64,000 bases of DNA. Source: Candidatus Hydrogenedentota bacterium. Its GTDB lineage: Bacteria > Hydrogenedentota > Hydrogenedentia > Hydrogenedentales > GCA-2746185. The stretch spans positions 1 to 64,000 of the forward strand of contig JAYGCN010000011.1 of assembly GCA_046583315.1 (NCBI GenBank), written 5' to 3'. This document shows, piece by piece, positions 29,435-40,366 of the stretch (its first letter is position 1; every line of letters starts with the position of its first letter). The notes under the pieces are model-generated. The model had not been told where the DNA came from and did no database searches. It saw only the letters and a program-made list of their open reading frames with translations. The position numbers were made by a program, and so were the translations under genes.

Positions 29435-30037
29435 ATGAGCAAGATAGGTTCGTTTCTGCTGGCGACACTGCTGGGTGGCGTCGTCTTTATGTTCCCCATT
29501 GTGATTGTTGGGACCCTGTTCGTGAAGACCTACGAAATTCTGAAAGGGGCTTCCGGAGTCGTCACCATGCTCCTGCCGGATTTGACCGTCGCCGGCATTG
29601 CGCTGGTTGACCTTCTGATTGTCGTGGCCATGCTCGGCATCTGTTTCAGTGCTGGCATGGTGGCCGAACATCGCTTCGCGCATTTTCTAAGAGACACGGT
29701 CGAGAATAAAATCGCGCTCGTGTTTCCCCGATACACCATCCTCAAAGCCCAGCTCGCGGGCAACATCGGCAATGACCTCGCGCAAGCCCAACTGAAACCC
29801 GTCGCTGTGCGATTCGACGACCAAACGCAAATCGCCTTCGAAGTCGAGCGACCCAACGATGACATGGTGACCGTGTACATTCCCGGTGCCCCCGATGCCT
29901 GGGGCGGCGGTGTAGTCCATGTAGCACCAGAACGCGTGCATCCCCTCGATACCGATATTCGCGATGTCGTTCGCGCCATGAATCGCATGGGCCGTGAATC
30001 CCGGAGTATCGTGAAAGATCTCCCGAAACCGGCCTAA
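29435..30037 (+). CDS. DUF502 family membrane protein
   Basis: Two N-terminal TMs; TVYIPGAPDAWGG. Confidence 0.75.
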   Translation: MSKIGSFLLATLLGGVVFMFPIVIVGTLFVKTYEILKGASGVVTMLLPDLTVAGIALVDLLIVVAMLGICFSAGMVAEHRFAHFLRDTVENKIALVFPRYTILKAQLAGNIGNDLAQAQLKPVAVRFDDQTQIAFEVERPNDDMVTVYIPGAPDAWGGGVVHVAPERVHPLDTDIRDVVRAMNRMGRESRSIVKDLPKPA

Positions 30038-30279
30038 CCCCTTAACGACAATCTAGTTAAGACGACCATTCACAGGATACCCAATACGAAAACCATAGTT
30101 TTTATAGTTTCGCGCGAGAATAATGGATACTCTTGCTGATTATGTGCTATATTACCTCGCTAGAAACTGAGCCAGCATCTCCGTTCATATCCGGATCTGT
30201 CCACCCATTTCTGGATTTAGGATTTGGCGCATAAATCCTTTTACGATAACGAGATACAACAAAAATAATTAGGTGAGCT

Positions 30280-31770
30280 ATGAGTTCCCAGGAAATTCTT
30301 GATTCCGAATATACCGGAAGCCGCGTCGAACAAAGCAACCGGAAAGCCGCCGAACTCGCCGATACCGAGTACAAACACGGCTGGTCCGTCGACATTGATG
30401 CCGATACCTTTCCCCCCGGACTAAACGAAGATGTCGTTCGCGCATTGTCAGCGAAAAAGGAAGAGCCCGAATGGCTCACCGAATATCGCCTCAAAGCCTA
30501 TCGACATTGGTTAACCCTCGAAGAGCCCCACTGGCTCAATGGTGACTACCCCCCAATCGATTACCAGGCGGTCAGTTATTATTCTGCTCCGAAGCAAAAG
30601 AAGTTGCTCAACAGCATGGACGAAGTCGACCCTGAAATTCTGCGGGCCTTCGAAAAACTCGGCGTACCCCTTGATGAGCAAAAACAGCTCGCCGGTGTAG
30701 CCGTGGATGCTGTCTTCGACAGCGTTTCCGTCGCCACCACACACAAAGACATTCTTGCGAAACAAGGCATCATCTTCTGCTCCTTTAGCGAAGCCGTGAA
30801 GGAACATCCCGAACTCGTCAAAAAGTACTTGAGCACCGTAGTGCCGGCCAACGACAACTATTACGCCGCGCTCAACTCCGCTGTATTCACGGACGGCTCT
30901 TTCGCCTACATTCCCAAAGGTGTCAAATGCCCGATGGATCTGTCCACTTATTTCCGCATCAATCAGGCCAACACCGGGCAATTCGAACGCACACTCATCA
31001 TCGCAGACGAAGGTGCCTCCGTAAACTATCTCGAAGGCTGCACGGCTCCACAACGCGACGAGAATCAGTTGCATGCAGCCGTCGTCGAAATCGTTGCTCT
31101 CGACAACGCCACGGTAAGTTATTCGACCGTGCAAAACTGGTACGCCGGAAATGACGAAGGTGTTGGTGGTATCTACAACTTCGTCACCAAACGTGGCAAA
31201 TGCCAGGGCGTCAATTCGCGCATCTCCTGGACGCAAGTCGAGACCGGTTCCGCCATCACCTGGAAATACCCGAGCTGCCTGCTCATCGGCGACAACTCCG
31301 TCGGCGAATTCTATTCGGTAGCCGTCAGCCACAAACGCCAGATCGCCGATACGGGCACGAAAATGATTCACATCGGAAAAAACACCAAGAGCACGGTGAT
31401 CTCCAAGACCATTTCGGCTGGCAGAGGCCAGAACAGCTACCGCGGGCTCATCAAAATCATGCCCAAGGCCACTGGTTCACGCAGTTATACGCAATGCGAT
31501 TCGTTGCTCATCGGCGACAAATGCGGCGCCCATACCTTCCCGACTATCGAAGTGAAAAACACGTCATCCAACGTGGAGCACGAAGCCTCCACGTCGAAGA
31601 TAAGCGAAGATCAACTGTTCTATTGTCAGCAACGAGGCATGTCGACCGACGACGCTGTATCCACCATCATCAACGGATACTGCAAAGAAGTCTTCGACCA
31701 TCTGCCCATGGAATTTGCCGTGGAAGCGTCCAACCTGCTCGGACTTACCCTCGAAGGCAGCGTCGGCTAA
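30280..31770 (+). CDS. sufB: Fe-S cluster assembly protein SufB
   Basis: [42 protein letters not shown]. Confidence 0.97.
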   Translation: MSSQEILDSEYTGSRVEQSNRKAAELADTEYKHGWSVDIDADTFPPGLNEDVVRALSAKKEEPEWLTEYRLKAYRHWLTLEEPHWLNGDYPPIDYQAVSYYSAPKQKKLLNSMDEVDPEILRAFEKLGVPLDEQKQLAGVAVDAVFDSVSVATTHKDILAKQGIIFCSFSEAVKEHPELVKKYLSTVVPANDNYYAALNSAVFTDGSFAYIPKGVKCPMDLSTYFRINQANTGQFERTLIIADEGASVNYLEGCTAPQRDENQLHAAVVEIVALDNATVSYSTVQNWYAGNDEGVGGIYNFVTKRGKCQGVNSRISWTQVETGSAITWKYPSCLLIGDNSVGEFYSVAVSHKRQIADTGTKMIHIGKNTKSTVISKTISAGRGQNSYRGLIKIMPKATGSRSYTQCDSLLIGDKCGAHTFPTIEVKNTSSNVEHEASTSKISEDQLFYCQQRGMSTDDAVSTIINGYCKEVFDHLPMEFAVEASNLLGLTLEGSVG

Positions 31771-31828
31771 TCCACCCAAACCAACCCGCGACCCTTTTCA
31801 ATCCGGAAAGGAGCACCCAAGGAACACC

Positions 31829-32581
31829 ATGTTAGAAGTTAAAAATTTCCACGTCAGCGTCGAAGACACTGAAATCCTCAGAGGCCTCGACCTTACCGTC
31901 AACGCCGGCGAAGTACACGCCATCATGGGACCCAACGGTTCCGGTAAAAGTACGCTCGCCCAGGCCCTCGCCGGTCACAACGCCTACGACATTACCCAGG
32001 GGTCTGCCACTTTCCTCGGGCAGGACCTTCTCGAAATGCCTCCAGAAGAACGGGCGCGGCTCGGCCTCTTCCTCGCCTTCCAATACCCCGTCGAAATCCC
32101 CGGCATCTCCAATGCGTACTTCCTTCAATCGTCACTCAACGAAGTCCGCAAGAGCCACGGCCTCGAGGAACTGGACGCCCTCGATTTTCAAGACCTCCTT
32201 GCCAAAAAAATGGAGCTCGTAAACGTCCCGCTGCATTTCGCCGATCGTAACGTCAACGAATGCTTCTCCGGTGGCGAGAAATAACGCAACGAGATCTTAC
32301 AGATGGCTGTCATGGAACCTAAACTCGCCATCCTCGACGAAACCGACTCCGGCCTCGACATCGACGCCTTGCGCATCGTCTCCGACGGCATCAACAACCT
32401 GCGCAACCCCGAGCGCGCATTCGTGCTCATCACCCATTACCAACGACTGCTCGACTACGTGAAACCCGACTTCGTGCACGTGCTCTATCAAGGCCGCATC
32501 GTCAAGTCGGGTGGACCTGAACTGGCCATGGAACTGGAAGAAAAGGGATACGACTGGATCCGCGAGTTAAACCCCGCCTAA
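31829..32581 (+). pseudogene. sufC: Fe-S assembly ATPase SufC with an in-frame TAA at 32282-32284
   Basis: [49 protein letters not shown]. Confidence 0.9.
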
Positions 32582-32609
32582 CCACTCCCAGGGAGCAGAA
32601 AACACTATC

Positions 32610-33926
32610 ATGACCGATGTAGCCGAACGTACTGACCGCGCACACTTCATCGCCGATCTCGAAGCCCTCGCCACAAGCGAAGCCCCCGATTGGCTCAAAG
32701 AGCTGCGCGCCGATGCCGCCGCCGAGTTCAACGCGACCGAATTCCCAACCTATCGCGACGAAGTCTGGCGCCGCACCGATATCAAAGCCATCCTGCGCAC
32801 AGAGTTTCAGAGTACTGCGGGAGCATCCCCGACACTTGGCCAAGACGACATCGCGCAATTCTCTTACGCCCAAGACGGTATGCTGGAACTCGTTCTGGTA
32901 GACGGCGTCTATTCGCCTGATCTTTCCAGCACCTCAGACGCGCCAGATTCCATCACGGTCTCCTCGCTGGCAGAAGCACTCACCAACAACGTTCAAGGCC
33001 TCCGTGCGCAACTCAACGACACAGCGAAAAACACCAGCGCATTCGTCCCCCTCAACACCGCCTTCATCCAGGACGGCGCCTACATCGACGTTCCCGACAA
33101 CACACAATTCGAAACACCCATCCACGTGTTGTACATCACCACCCGTAGCGGCTCCGTGGCCACCCATCCTCGTAACCTCATCGTTGTCGGCCAATCCTCC
33201 CAGGTTACCCTCATCGAATCCTATGTGTCCCTTGGCGATACAAACGACTATCTCACCAACGGCGTCACCGAGATCGCGCTCGGCGACAACGCAAAAGTCA
33301 CGCATTACAAATTGATCGACGAAGGCGCCCACGCCTACCACATGTTTTCCACACAAGTGCACGAAGGCCGCGACTGCTCCTTCAACTCACACGTCATGAC
33401 ATTGTCCGGTCAAATCGTCCGCAACGAACTCAACGTCGATCTTGCCGGAGAAAACGGCAACTGCGACTTAAACGGACTCTACCTGAACGATGGCGACCGT
33501 CTCATCGACAACGCCCTCTTCGTGCAACACTCCGTATCCCGCTGTTACAGCCGCATGGGCTACAAAGGCGTGCTCGACGACAAAAGCACCTCCGTCTTCA
33601 CCGGCAAAGTCGTCGTACCACCCGATTCCCAACAAACCGACTCGGATCAGCTTAATAACAACTTACTTCTGTCCGATAACGCAACGATAAACACCAATCC
33701 CCAGCTGGAAATCTTCGCCGACGACGTAAAATGCACCCACGGAGCCACCATTGGTGGATTCCCCCCCGAATTGGTATTCTACTTTCAAAGCCGGGGCATG
33801 GACGCGGCCACGGCAGACGGCATTCTGACCTACGGATTCGCGGCTGAGGTCGTCGATTCCATAAAAGTCGAATCCCTGCGAACCCGCCTGTCCGATTACG
33901 TGTTTAAGAAGTATAGTCCCAAATAA
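32610..33926 (+). CDS. sufD: Fe-S cluster assembly protein SufD
   Basis: EVWRRTD, PQLEIFADDVKCTHGAT. Confidence 0.95.
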   Translation: MTDVAERTDRAHFIADLEALATSEAPDWLKELRADAAAEFNATEFPTYRDEVWRRTDIKAILRTEFQSTAGASPTLGQDDIAQFSYAQDGMLELVLVDGVYSPDLSSTSDAPDSITVSSLAEALTNNVQGLRAQLNDTAKNTSAFVPLNTAFIQDGAYIDVPDNTQFETPIHVLYITTRSGSVATHPRNLIVVGQSSQVTLIESYVSLGDTNDYLTNGVTEIALGDNAKVTHYKLIDEGAHAYHMFSTQVHEGRDCSFNSHVMTLSGQIVRNELNVDLAGENGNCDLNGLYLNDGDRLIDNALFVQHSVSRCYSRMGYKGVLDDKSTSVFTGKVVVPPDSQQTDSDQLNNNLLLSDNATINTNPQLEIFADDVKCTHGATIGGFPPELVFYFQSRGMDAATADGILTYGFAAEVVDSIKVESLRTRLSDYVFKKYSPK

Positions 33927-33982
33927 GACTGCGCATAACAGGGGGGTCAGTAACCTCCACGCAACAGAATCGGGATTTCCAC

Positions 33983-35221
33983 ATGTTAACTGAAACAACG
34001 ACATACCCCATTAAATCCATTCGTGCCGACTTTCCAGTCTTTCACGAAGTGTTTCCCCATGGAAAGCCGCTGGTGTACCTAGACAATGCCGCGACAAGTC
34101 AAAAACCTCAACAGGTCATTGACGCGATCGCCCATTATTACACCGCGGAAAACTCCAACGTGCACCGGGGCATCCACTACCTCAGCCAACTCGCCACCGA
34201 AAAATATGATGCTACACGCGAAAAGGTACAACGCTTTTTCAACGCGCCCTCGCCCAACAACATCATCTTCACCTCCGGCAACACCGAAGCGCTCAACCTA
34301 GTCGCCCATTCCTACGGGGAAGCCTTCCTCAAAGAAGACGACGAAGTCATCATCTCCGAAATGGAGCACCACTCCAACATCGTTCCCTGGCAAATGGCCT
34401 GCGAACGCACCGGAGCAACCCTTCGAATCGCCCCCATCAACGACAAAGGCGAAATCATCCTCGAAGAATTCGAGGCCATGCTCTCGGAAAAAACGAAATT
34501 CGTCGGCATCGTCTACGTATCCAACGCGCTCGGCACCATCAACCCCGTAAAACAAATCACCAAAATGGCCCACGATGTCGGCGCGGTGGTCATGCTCGAT
34601 TCCGCACAGGCCGCGCCACACCTGCGCATCGACGTGCAGGATATCAATTGCGACTTCCTCTCCATCGCGCCCCACAAAATGTGCGGCCCCACCGGCATCG
34701 GCGCGCTCTACGGAAAAGCCGAGTTACTCGAAAAAATGCCCCCCTTCAAAGGCGGCGGTGACATGATTCTCTCCGTCACATTCGAGAAAACCGTCTACAA
34801 CGAAGTCCCCTTCAAATTCGAGGCCGGCACGCCCAACATCGCCGGCGTCATCGGACTCGGCGCAGCCATCGACTACATGATGAACATCGGTCTGGACAAT
34901 ATTGCAGCTCACGAAGCCGAGTTGCTCGCATACGGTACGGAACAATTGCAGACCGTCGACGGACTCAAATTCATCGGCACAGCGGACAACAAAGCCGGCG
35001 TCATGGGCTTCATCATGGACTCCGCGCACCCCCACGACATCGGCCAAATTCTCGACGGAGAGGGTATTGCCATCCGCGCGGGACACCACTGCGCCCAACC
35101 CGTCATGAAACACTTCGGAATACCCGCAACCGCACGCGCCTCCGTGGCGTTGTATAATACAAAAGAAGACATCGACGCGCTGGTCACTGCGCTCGCAAAA
35201 GTAAATGAGATGTTTGGATAA
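33983..35221 (+). CDS. sufS: Cysteine desulfurase SufS
   Basis: YLDNAATSQKP, EHHSN, HKMCGPTG, RAGHHCAQP. Confidence 0.96.
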   Translation: MLTETTTYPIKSIRADFPVFHEVFPHGKPLVYLDNAATSQKPQQVIDAIAHYYTAENSNVHRGIHYLSQLATEKYDATREKVQRFFNAPSPNNIIFTSGNTEALNLVAHSYGEAFLKEDDEVIISEMEHHSNIVPWQMACERTGATLRIAPINDKGEIILEEFEAMLSEKTKFVGIVYVSNALGTINPVKQITKMAHDVGAVVMLDSAQAAPHLRIDVQDINCDFLSIAPHKMCGPTGIGALYGKAELLEKMPPFKGGGDMILSVTFEKTVYNEVPFKFEAGTPNIAGVIGLGAAIDYMMNIGLDNIAAHEAELLAYGTEQLQTVDGLKFIGTADNKAGVMGFIMDSAHPHDIGQILDGEGIAIRAGHHCAQPVMKHFGIPATARASVALYNTKEDIDALVTALAKVNEMFG

Positions 35222-35676
35222 TGCCCGATCAACGCTCCCTATACGAAAAAGTCATCCTCGACCATAACAAGTCGCCGCGGAATTTCCACGCCATGGAGAA
35301 TCCCGACCATAAAGCCGAGGGTTACAACGCCCTCTGCGGTGACCAGTTCACGGTCTACCTGAAAATGGACGATCAAGACTGCATCGAAGACATCACCTTC
35401 GAAGGAGCCGGCTGCGCGATATCAAAATCCTCCGCATCCGTCATGACCACGCTACTCAAGGGGAAGTCCACGGCAGAAGCGACGAAGCTATTCACCGATT
35501 TCACCGAAATGATCACTTCCCGGCACGATGCCCCTCTCGACGAACAAGCATTAGGCAAATTAATGGTCTTCAGCGGAGTGCGTGAGTACCCCGTGCGCGT
35601 CAAATGCGCGACCTTGGCCTGGCACACGCTGATTTCCGCCCTCGAAGACCGCGGGGATTCCGTCAGTACCGAATAA
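35221..35676 (+). CDS. sufU: SUF system sulfur-transfer protein SufU
   Basis: NALCGD, GCAIS, RVKCATLAW. Confidence 0.95.
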   Translation: MPDQRSLYEKVILDHNKSPRNFHAMENPDHKAEGYNALCGDQFTVYLKMDDQDCIEDITFEGAGCAISKSSASVMTTLLKGKSTAEATKLFTDFTEMITSRHDAPLDEQALGKLMVFSGVREYPVRVKCATLAWHTLISALEDRGDSVSTE

Positions 35677-35838
35677 TTCAACAAATAACTGGCCTTCCGG
35701 GGCCAATGGACATTAGAATTCACATAGTGGTAGACTATCGACCCAATAGCAGTGCTACACATAAGCACGCTGGGAAAACCAAATAAACAATGGTCTTCTG
35801 CTTTACTTAACGACACTCTAAAGCAAGGATTTATATAC

Positions 35839-36909
35839 ATGCCGAATTCACTGGCAGGCCAGGATTTACTGACCCTGGAAGATACAATTCAGTCTATGCG
35901 CGACAAGCTCACCGGAATCGTTCCGGACGTCGAAATCACGCTCAAGGCGGAACTGGCCTACAAAATAAATATACTCAAAGCCGAGAAAAACGCGGTGATT
36001 CTCGGCCACAACTACATGGAACCGGCCCTCTTTCATTCGGTACCTGACTACGTGGGCGATTCCCTCGAACTCTCCCGTGCCTCCATCGAAACCGATGCGG
36101 ATATCATCCTCTTCTGCGGCGTGCAGTTCATGGCCGAGACCGCCAAGATTCTGAATCCCGACAAGACGGTACTCATTCCGTCCCAGAAAGCAGGATGCTC
36201 ACTCGCCGCAGGCATCACCGCCGAAGACATACGCGCGCTCAGAGTCGCCTACCCCGGCATCCCCGTCGTTACCTACATCAACACCTACGCAGACGTAAAA
36301 GCCGAATCCGACTACTGCTGCACCTCCGGTAACGGCTCCGCCGTCGTGCAACACCTCTTCGATCTCGGACACAAACACGTCATCTTCCTGCCCGACGAAT
36401 ACCTCGCACGAAACACCGCCACCGAACTCGGCATCGGCTACGTGGAACCCGTCCTCGACGGATCGCCACAAACCCTGCCCGCCGGCAATGCACTCATCGG
36501 CTGGAACGCTCGCTGCGAAGTCCACGAATTATTCAAAGTCGAAGACATCGAAGCCGCCCGTAAACAATTTCCTGACGTCGCCGTCATCGCCCATCCCGAG
36601 TGCAGCCCGGAAGTCATCAGCGTTTCCGACTTCTCCGGCAGCACCAAACAACTAATAGACTACGTGCAGCGCGAAGACGCCAAACAATACTTACTACTCA
36701 CCGAATGCTCCATGGGCGACAATATTGCGGCCGAAAATCCCGACAAAGACATGTTACGCCTCTGCAGCTTCCGATGCCCCTACATGAATCTCATCACCAT
36801 GGAAGACACCCTCGCCGCACTCGAAGAAGTCCGCTACGAAGTCACCCTGGACCCCGACATCATCGAACGAGCCCGCACCCCCATCGAGCGCATGCTGTCT
36901 ATATTCTAG
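35839..36909 (+). CDS. nadA: Quinolinate synthase
   Basis: ILGHNY, GDSL, CGVQFMAETAK, GCSLA, YINT, AHPEC, CPYM. Confidence 0.96.
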   Translation: MPNSLAGQDLLTLEDTIQSMRDKLTGIVPDVEITLKAELAYKINILKAEKNAVILGHNYMEPALFHSVPDYVGDSLELSRASIETDADIILFCGVQFMAETAKILNPDKTVLIPSQKAGCSLAAGITAEDIRALRVAYPGIPVVTYINTYADVKAESDYCCTSGNGSAVVQHLFDLGHKHVIFLPDEYLARNTATELGIGYVEPVLDGSPQTLPAGNALIGWNARCEVHELFKVEDIEAARKQFPDVAVIAHPECSPEVISVSDFSGSTKQLIDYVQREDAKQYLLLTECSMGDNIAAENPDKDMLRLCSFRCPYMNLITMEDTLAALEEVRYEVTLDPDIIERARTPIERMLSIF

Positions 36910-37127
36910 GTTCGCGACAGCCTACTTTTCGTCATTCCCTGGCATAGCGAAACGCACCCCAAACGCCTAGTCCGTGTTCATCCGTGCTTACTATTCCCCA
37001 TTTTGTGTCGTAATTCCTTGAATATTCCCCCGAAAACCGCGTCCATATAAATACTTCGCCGCAAATGCAACGATTTCCGGTTTCACACAGTCTAATCGCT
37101 ATAGGACCCCAACAGGAGAACCAGACC

Positions 37128-37670
37128 ATGAAGACCCTTTGTTCACTACTCGCTCTTGCCGTTATGCTGACAGGCCTACCGCTGTCCGCGATGGCTGCTG
37201 AGGAAGAAAACACGGCTGATGAGTACGTCAGCACTGCCGATTCCACCGATCCTCTCGTTTTGGAAGAGGACGACCGGCACTCGCATGTACGGGCATTCCC
37301 GCTGGTGAATCATCGCCGGCATGGGGAAGATACCCGCACGAAATTCGTATATTTGCCCGGCGCATCGGTCGTCAAAACCCGCACCAGTGACGATGAAAAG
37401 AAGGTCGCCGTATTGGATATTCCCTTCTTCACGCTGGCTGAATCAAAATCGAACGCCAACGGCGAATTCGACAACAAGTTTATCGACCTACCCATATTCG
37501 GATCCCTCTTCCGCCACAAACGCCAAGGAAACAAGGAAAAAGTCCGATTCCTCATCTTCAGTCACACCCGCCCTGTCGACCCTGACGAATATGGCGACCC
37601 GAAAACCCACAAACCCAAGCCCGTCCGCCAGAATCGTGGTAAAGGCGGCTCTATCCATCGCGCCCACTAG
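37128..37670 (+). CDS. Secreted hypothetical protein with internal repeats
   Basis: RBS AGGAG; signal peptide MKTLCSLLALAVML..AMA. Confidence 0.7.
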   Translation: MKTLCSLLALAVMLTGLPLSAMAAEEENTADEYVSTADSTDPLVLEEDDRHSHVRAFPLVNHRRHGEDTRTKFVYLPGASVVKTRTSDDEKKVAVLDIPFFTLAESKSNANGEFDNKFIDLPIFGSLFRHKRQGNKEKVRFLIFSHTRPVDPDEYGDPKTHKPKPVRQNRGKGGSIHRAH

Positions 37671-37863
37671 CTGTTCGCTAGTCGATGGCCTGATGTTTCG
37701 ACCCGCACCCGGTACGCGCTACTCCTCTTCACCGGGTGCGGGTTCTTTTGATCGCCGCGCGCAACGGCTCATCCATTGAAGATCCCGTGTAAAACCGCGT
37801 ATCATACCGCTTTCTGCGCATAACCCTGCGTATGCTAAGGCACACTGAACACACGGAGTCCCC

Positions 37864-39693
37864 ATGAGCGAAGCATTATCCGAATTGTCGCCGGAGAAAA
37901 ACACCGACATCTACAAAATCCGCCATTCCCTGGCCCACATCATGGCTCAGGCCGTTCTGGAGATCCGACCCGCCGCAAAAATGGCCTTCGGCCCTCCCGT
38001 CGAATTCGGGTTCTACTACGACTTCGATTTCGGCGAGGAACCCATCGGTGAAAAAGACCTCGAAGAGATCGAAAATCGAATGCGGAAAATCATCAAACAG
38101 AAGCAAGATTTTGAGCACTCCTACAAGACCCTCGACGAAGCGGTCGCCTTTCTCGAAGAAACCGATCAATCCTACAAAATCGAATACGCCAAAGAACTCG
38201 TCGAAACTGGAAAAGCCGGCGACGAAGGCCTCGGATTCTACACCAACGGCCTATTCATGGACATGTGTGAAGGCCCGCACCTCGAAACCACGGGCGAAGT
38301 TCCCAAGGCCTGCTTCAAACTCGACCGTATTTCCGGTTCGTACTGGCGTGGTGACGAAAAAAATCCCATGCTCACCCGCATCTACGGTCTCGCCTTCGAA
38401 CGCAAGGCTGATTTAAAAGACTACATTGAACGCCGTAAACTCGCCATGGAACGCGATCACCGTAAATTGGGCGAAGAACTCGATCTCTTTTTCATGGACC
38501 AGGAAGTCGGTGTCGGTCTCCCCATGTGGATGCCCAACGGCGCGGTCCTTCGCGATGAATTGGAAAAGTGGGCGCAGGAAGAAGAATTCAAAGCCGGCTA
38601 CGTACGTGTTTCGACACCATCCATCACCCGCGGCGGACTCTACGAGCGCTCAGGTCACCTTCCATATTATGCCGAAGACATGTATCCGCCCATGACCGTC
38701 GACGACAACGACAAATACTACCTGCGGCCGATGAATTGTCCGCATCACCACAAAATATTCGCCGCGCGCCCGCACAGCTACCGTGATCTTCCGCTACGTC
38801 TCGCAGAATACGGCGACACCTTTCGCTACGAAAAACACGGCTCACTCGCAGGACTTCTCCGCGTGCGCGCCATGTGCATGAACGATGCCCACATCTACTG
38901 TACACCCGATCAGGTGGAAGAGGAATTTCGTAGCATCATCGACATGTACAAACTGTATTACGATAAATTGCGCATGGGTAGTTTCCAGGCACGCCTTTCC
39001 CTAAGCGATTCAAACTCCGACAAATTCGTCGGCGACCGCAAAGAATGGGAACGCACCGAAGCCATTGTGCGTCAGGTACTCACCAATCTCGATGTCGACT
39101 TTGAAGAAGTATACGGAGAAGCCGCCTTTTACGGCCCCAAACTCGATATCCAGGTGAAAAACCTGCTCGGTCGCGAAGAAACCGTCTCCACCTGTCAACT
39201 CGATTTCGTCGTGGCAAAACGCTTCGGCCTGGAATACATCGACGCGGACGGCGAACGCAAAACACCCTTCATCATTCACCGCGCACCGCTCAGCACGCAC
39301 GAGCGCATGATCAGTTTCCTCATCGAACTCTACGGCGGCGCATTCCCCACATGGATGGCACCGACCCAGGTCAAACTCATCCCCATCAACGATGAGATTC
39401 TCCCCTATGCACAGGAAATCGCCGACACCCTTCGCGGCAACCTCTTCCGCGCAAGCATCGACACCTCCAACGAGTCGTTCAACAAGAAGATTCGGAACGC
39501 TGTCACCAGCAAAATCCCGAACATCTGGATTCTCGGCGGCAAAGAAATGGAAGCACGCAACATCACCTGGCGTCGCTACTGCATCAAGGAACAGCAGACC
39601 GTCTCGCTCGATGCCGCATACGGCGCACTCGAAACACTGCGCACCGACCGCCTCATGGATAACTTCGACGACGTCGCCTTGCCGTTATCTTAG
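37864..39693 (+). CDS. thrS: Threonine--tRNA ligase
   Basis: RHSLAHIMA, CEGPH, RDHRKLG, PMNCPHH, AFYGPKLD, IHRA. Confidence 0.97.
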   Translation: MSEALSELSPEKNTDIYKIRHSLAHIMAQAVLEIRPAAKMAFGPPVEFGFYYDFDFGEEPIGEKDLEEIENRMRKIIKQKQDFEHSYKTLDEAVAFLEETDQSYKIEYAKELVETGKAGDEGLGFYTNGLFMDMCEGPHLETTGEVPKACFKLDRISGSYWRGDEKNPMLTRIYGLAFERKADLKDYIERRKLAMERDHRKLGEELDLFFMDQEVGVGLPMWMPNGAVLRDELEKWAQEEEFKAGYVRVSTPSITRGGLYERSGHLPYYAEDMYPPMTVDDNDKYYLRPMNCPHHHKIFAARPHSYRDLPLRLAEYGDTFRYEKHGSLAGLLRVRAMCMNDAHIYCTPDQVEEEFRSIIDMYKLYYDKLRMGSFQARLSLSDSNSDKFVGDRKEWERTEAIVRQVLTNLDVDFEEVYGEAAFYGPKLDIQVKNLLGREETVSTCQLDFVVAKRFGLEYIDADGERKTPFIIHRAPLSTHERMISFLIELYGGAFPTWMAPTQVKLIPINDEILPYAQEIADTLRGNLFRASIDTSNESFNKKIRNAVTSKIPNIWILGGKEMEARNITWRRYCIKEQQTVSLDAAYGALETLRTDRLMDNFDDVALPLS

Positions 39694-40364
39694 GCTTCGA
39701 GTAACGCGGAAATAAACTCGTCTGGTCCGAGTGGTAGAATATGATGCAGATCGTGCATCAACGCGTGCGGTGCCCTTGGAAAGCCATACTCAATCGTAAA
39801 TCCCGACGGATGCACAACCACCTGCCCATCGATCGCCGGCAACGGCAGCGTGCAACTCGAAAAATCATGTGGATAATCGATCTCGATATCCCTTTCCTCA
39901 AAGGTATCGATCAGATTCTCAATCGACACCACCCGATTCGCCTGATACCGCGTCTCCTGATACTGCTCCCCGAAGCCCAGACTCAGCTCGCCGTCCATGA
40001 TGATTTCTGCTGAAGTAATCTCCGATATCTCCCGCGTCCATTGCACATGCGAGGGCGACTCCGGGTCCAAGGCAATCGTCAGCCGATACGCGAAGGTCGG
40101 CGTGTTCACGTACGCCATATTCCCGTCCAGTCCCGCCACGATATCCTTACGCTTATAATTCAGCGTCTTGCGCAGGTGACGCGCCGTATCGTCGATATCG
40201 GTCTCTAGTTCCTTCTCCGCAATCTTCGCAATCCACGCGTTATGGTAATCGTCCACACGCTGTGGCACGCTGTGATGCTTCTCAAATCCGCTCAGCCGTT
40301 TCACGATGCTGCGATCCGTCCCGCACAGGGAAATCAGCGCAAGATGCTCTGGACTCAGCTCCAT
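39690..40364 (-). CDS. Hypothetical protein
   Basis: 224-aa ORF starting 2 bp after the radical SAM stop; protein-like composition. Confidence 0.7.
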   Translation of the reverse strand: MELSPEHLALISLCGTDRSIVKRLSGFEKHHSVPQRVDDYHNAWIAKIAEKELETDIDDTARHLRKTLNYKRKDIVAGLDGNMAYVNTPTFAYRLTIALDPESPSHVQWTREISEITSAEIIMDGELSLGFGEQYQETRYQANRVVSIENLIDTFEERDIEIDYPHDFSSCTLPLPAIDGQVVVHPSGFTIEYGFPRAPHALMHDLHHILPLGPDEFISALLEA

Positions 40365-40366
40365 CG

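Noticed and set aside
30088..30113. Fe-S regulator site upstream of sufB (GAAAACCATAG..ATAGTTTCG)
   Set aside because: Weak imperfect symmetry and no adjacent regulator gene; cannot be supported
32282..32284. Stop-codon reassignment of TAA
   Set aside because: TAA terminates many neighbouring genes normally
37670..37863. T-box leader for thrS
   Set aside because: No T-box consensus or terminator/antiterminator seen
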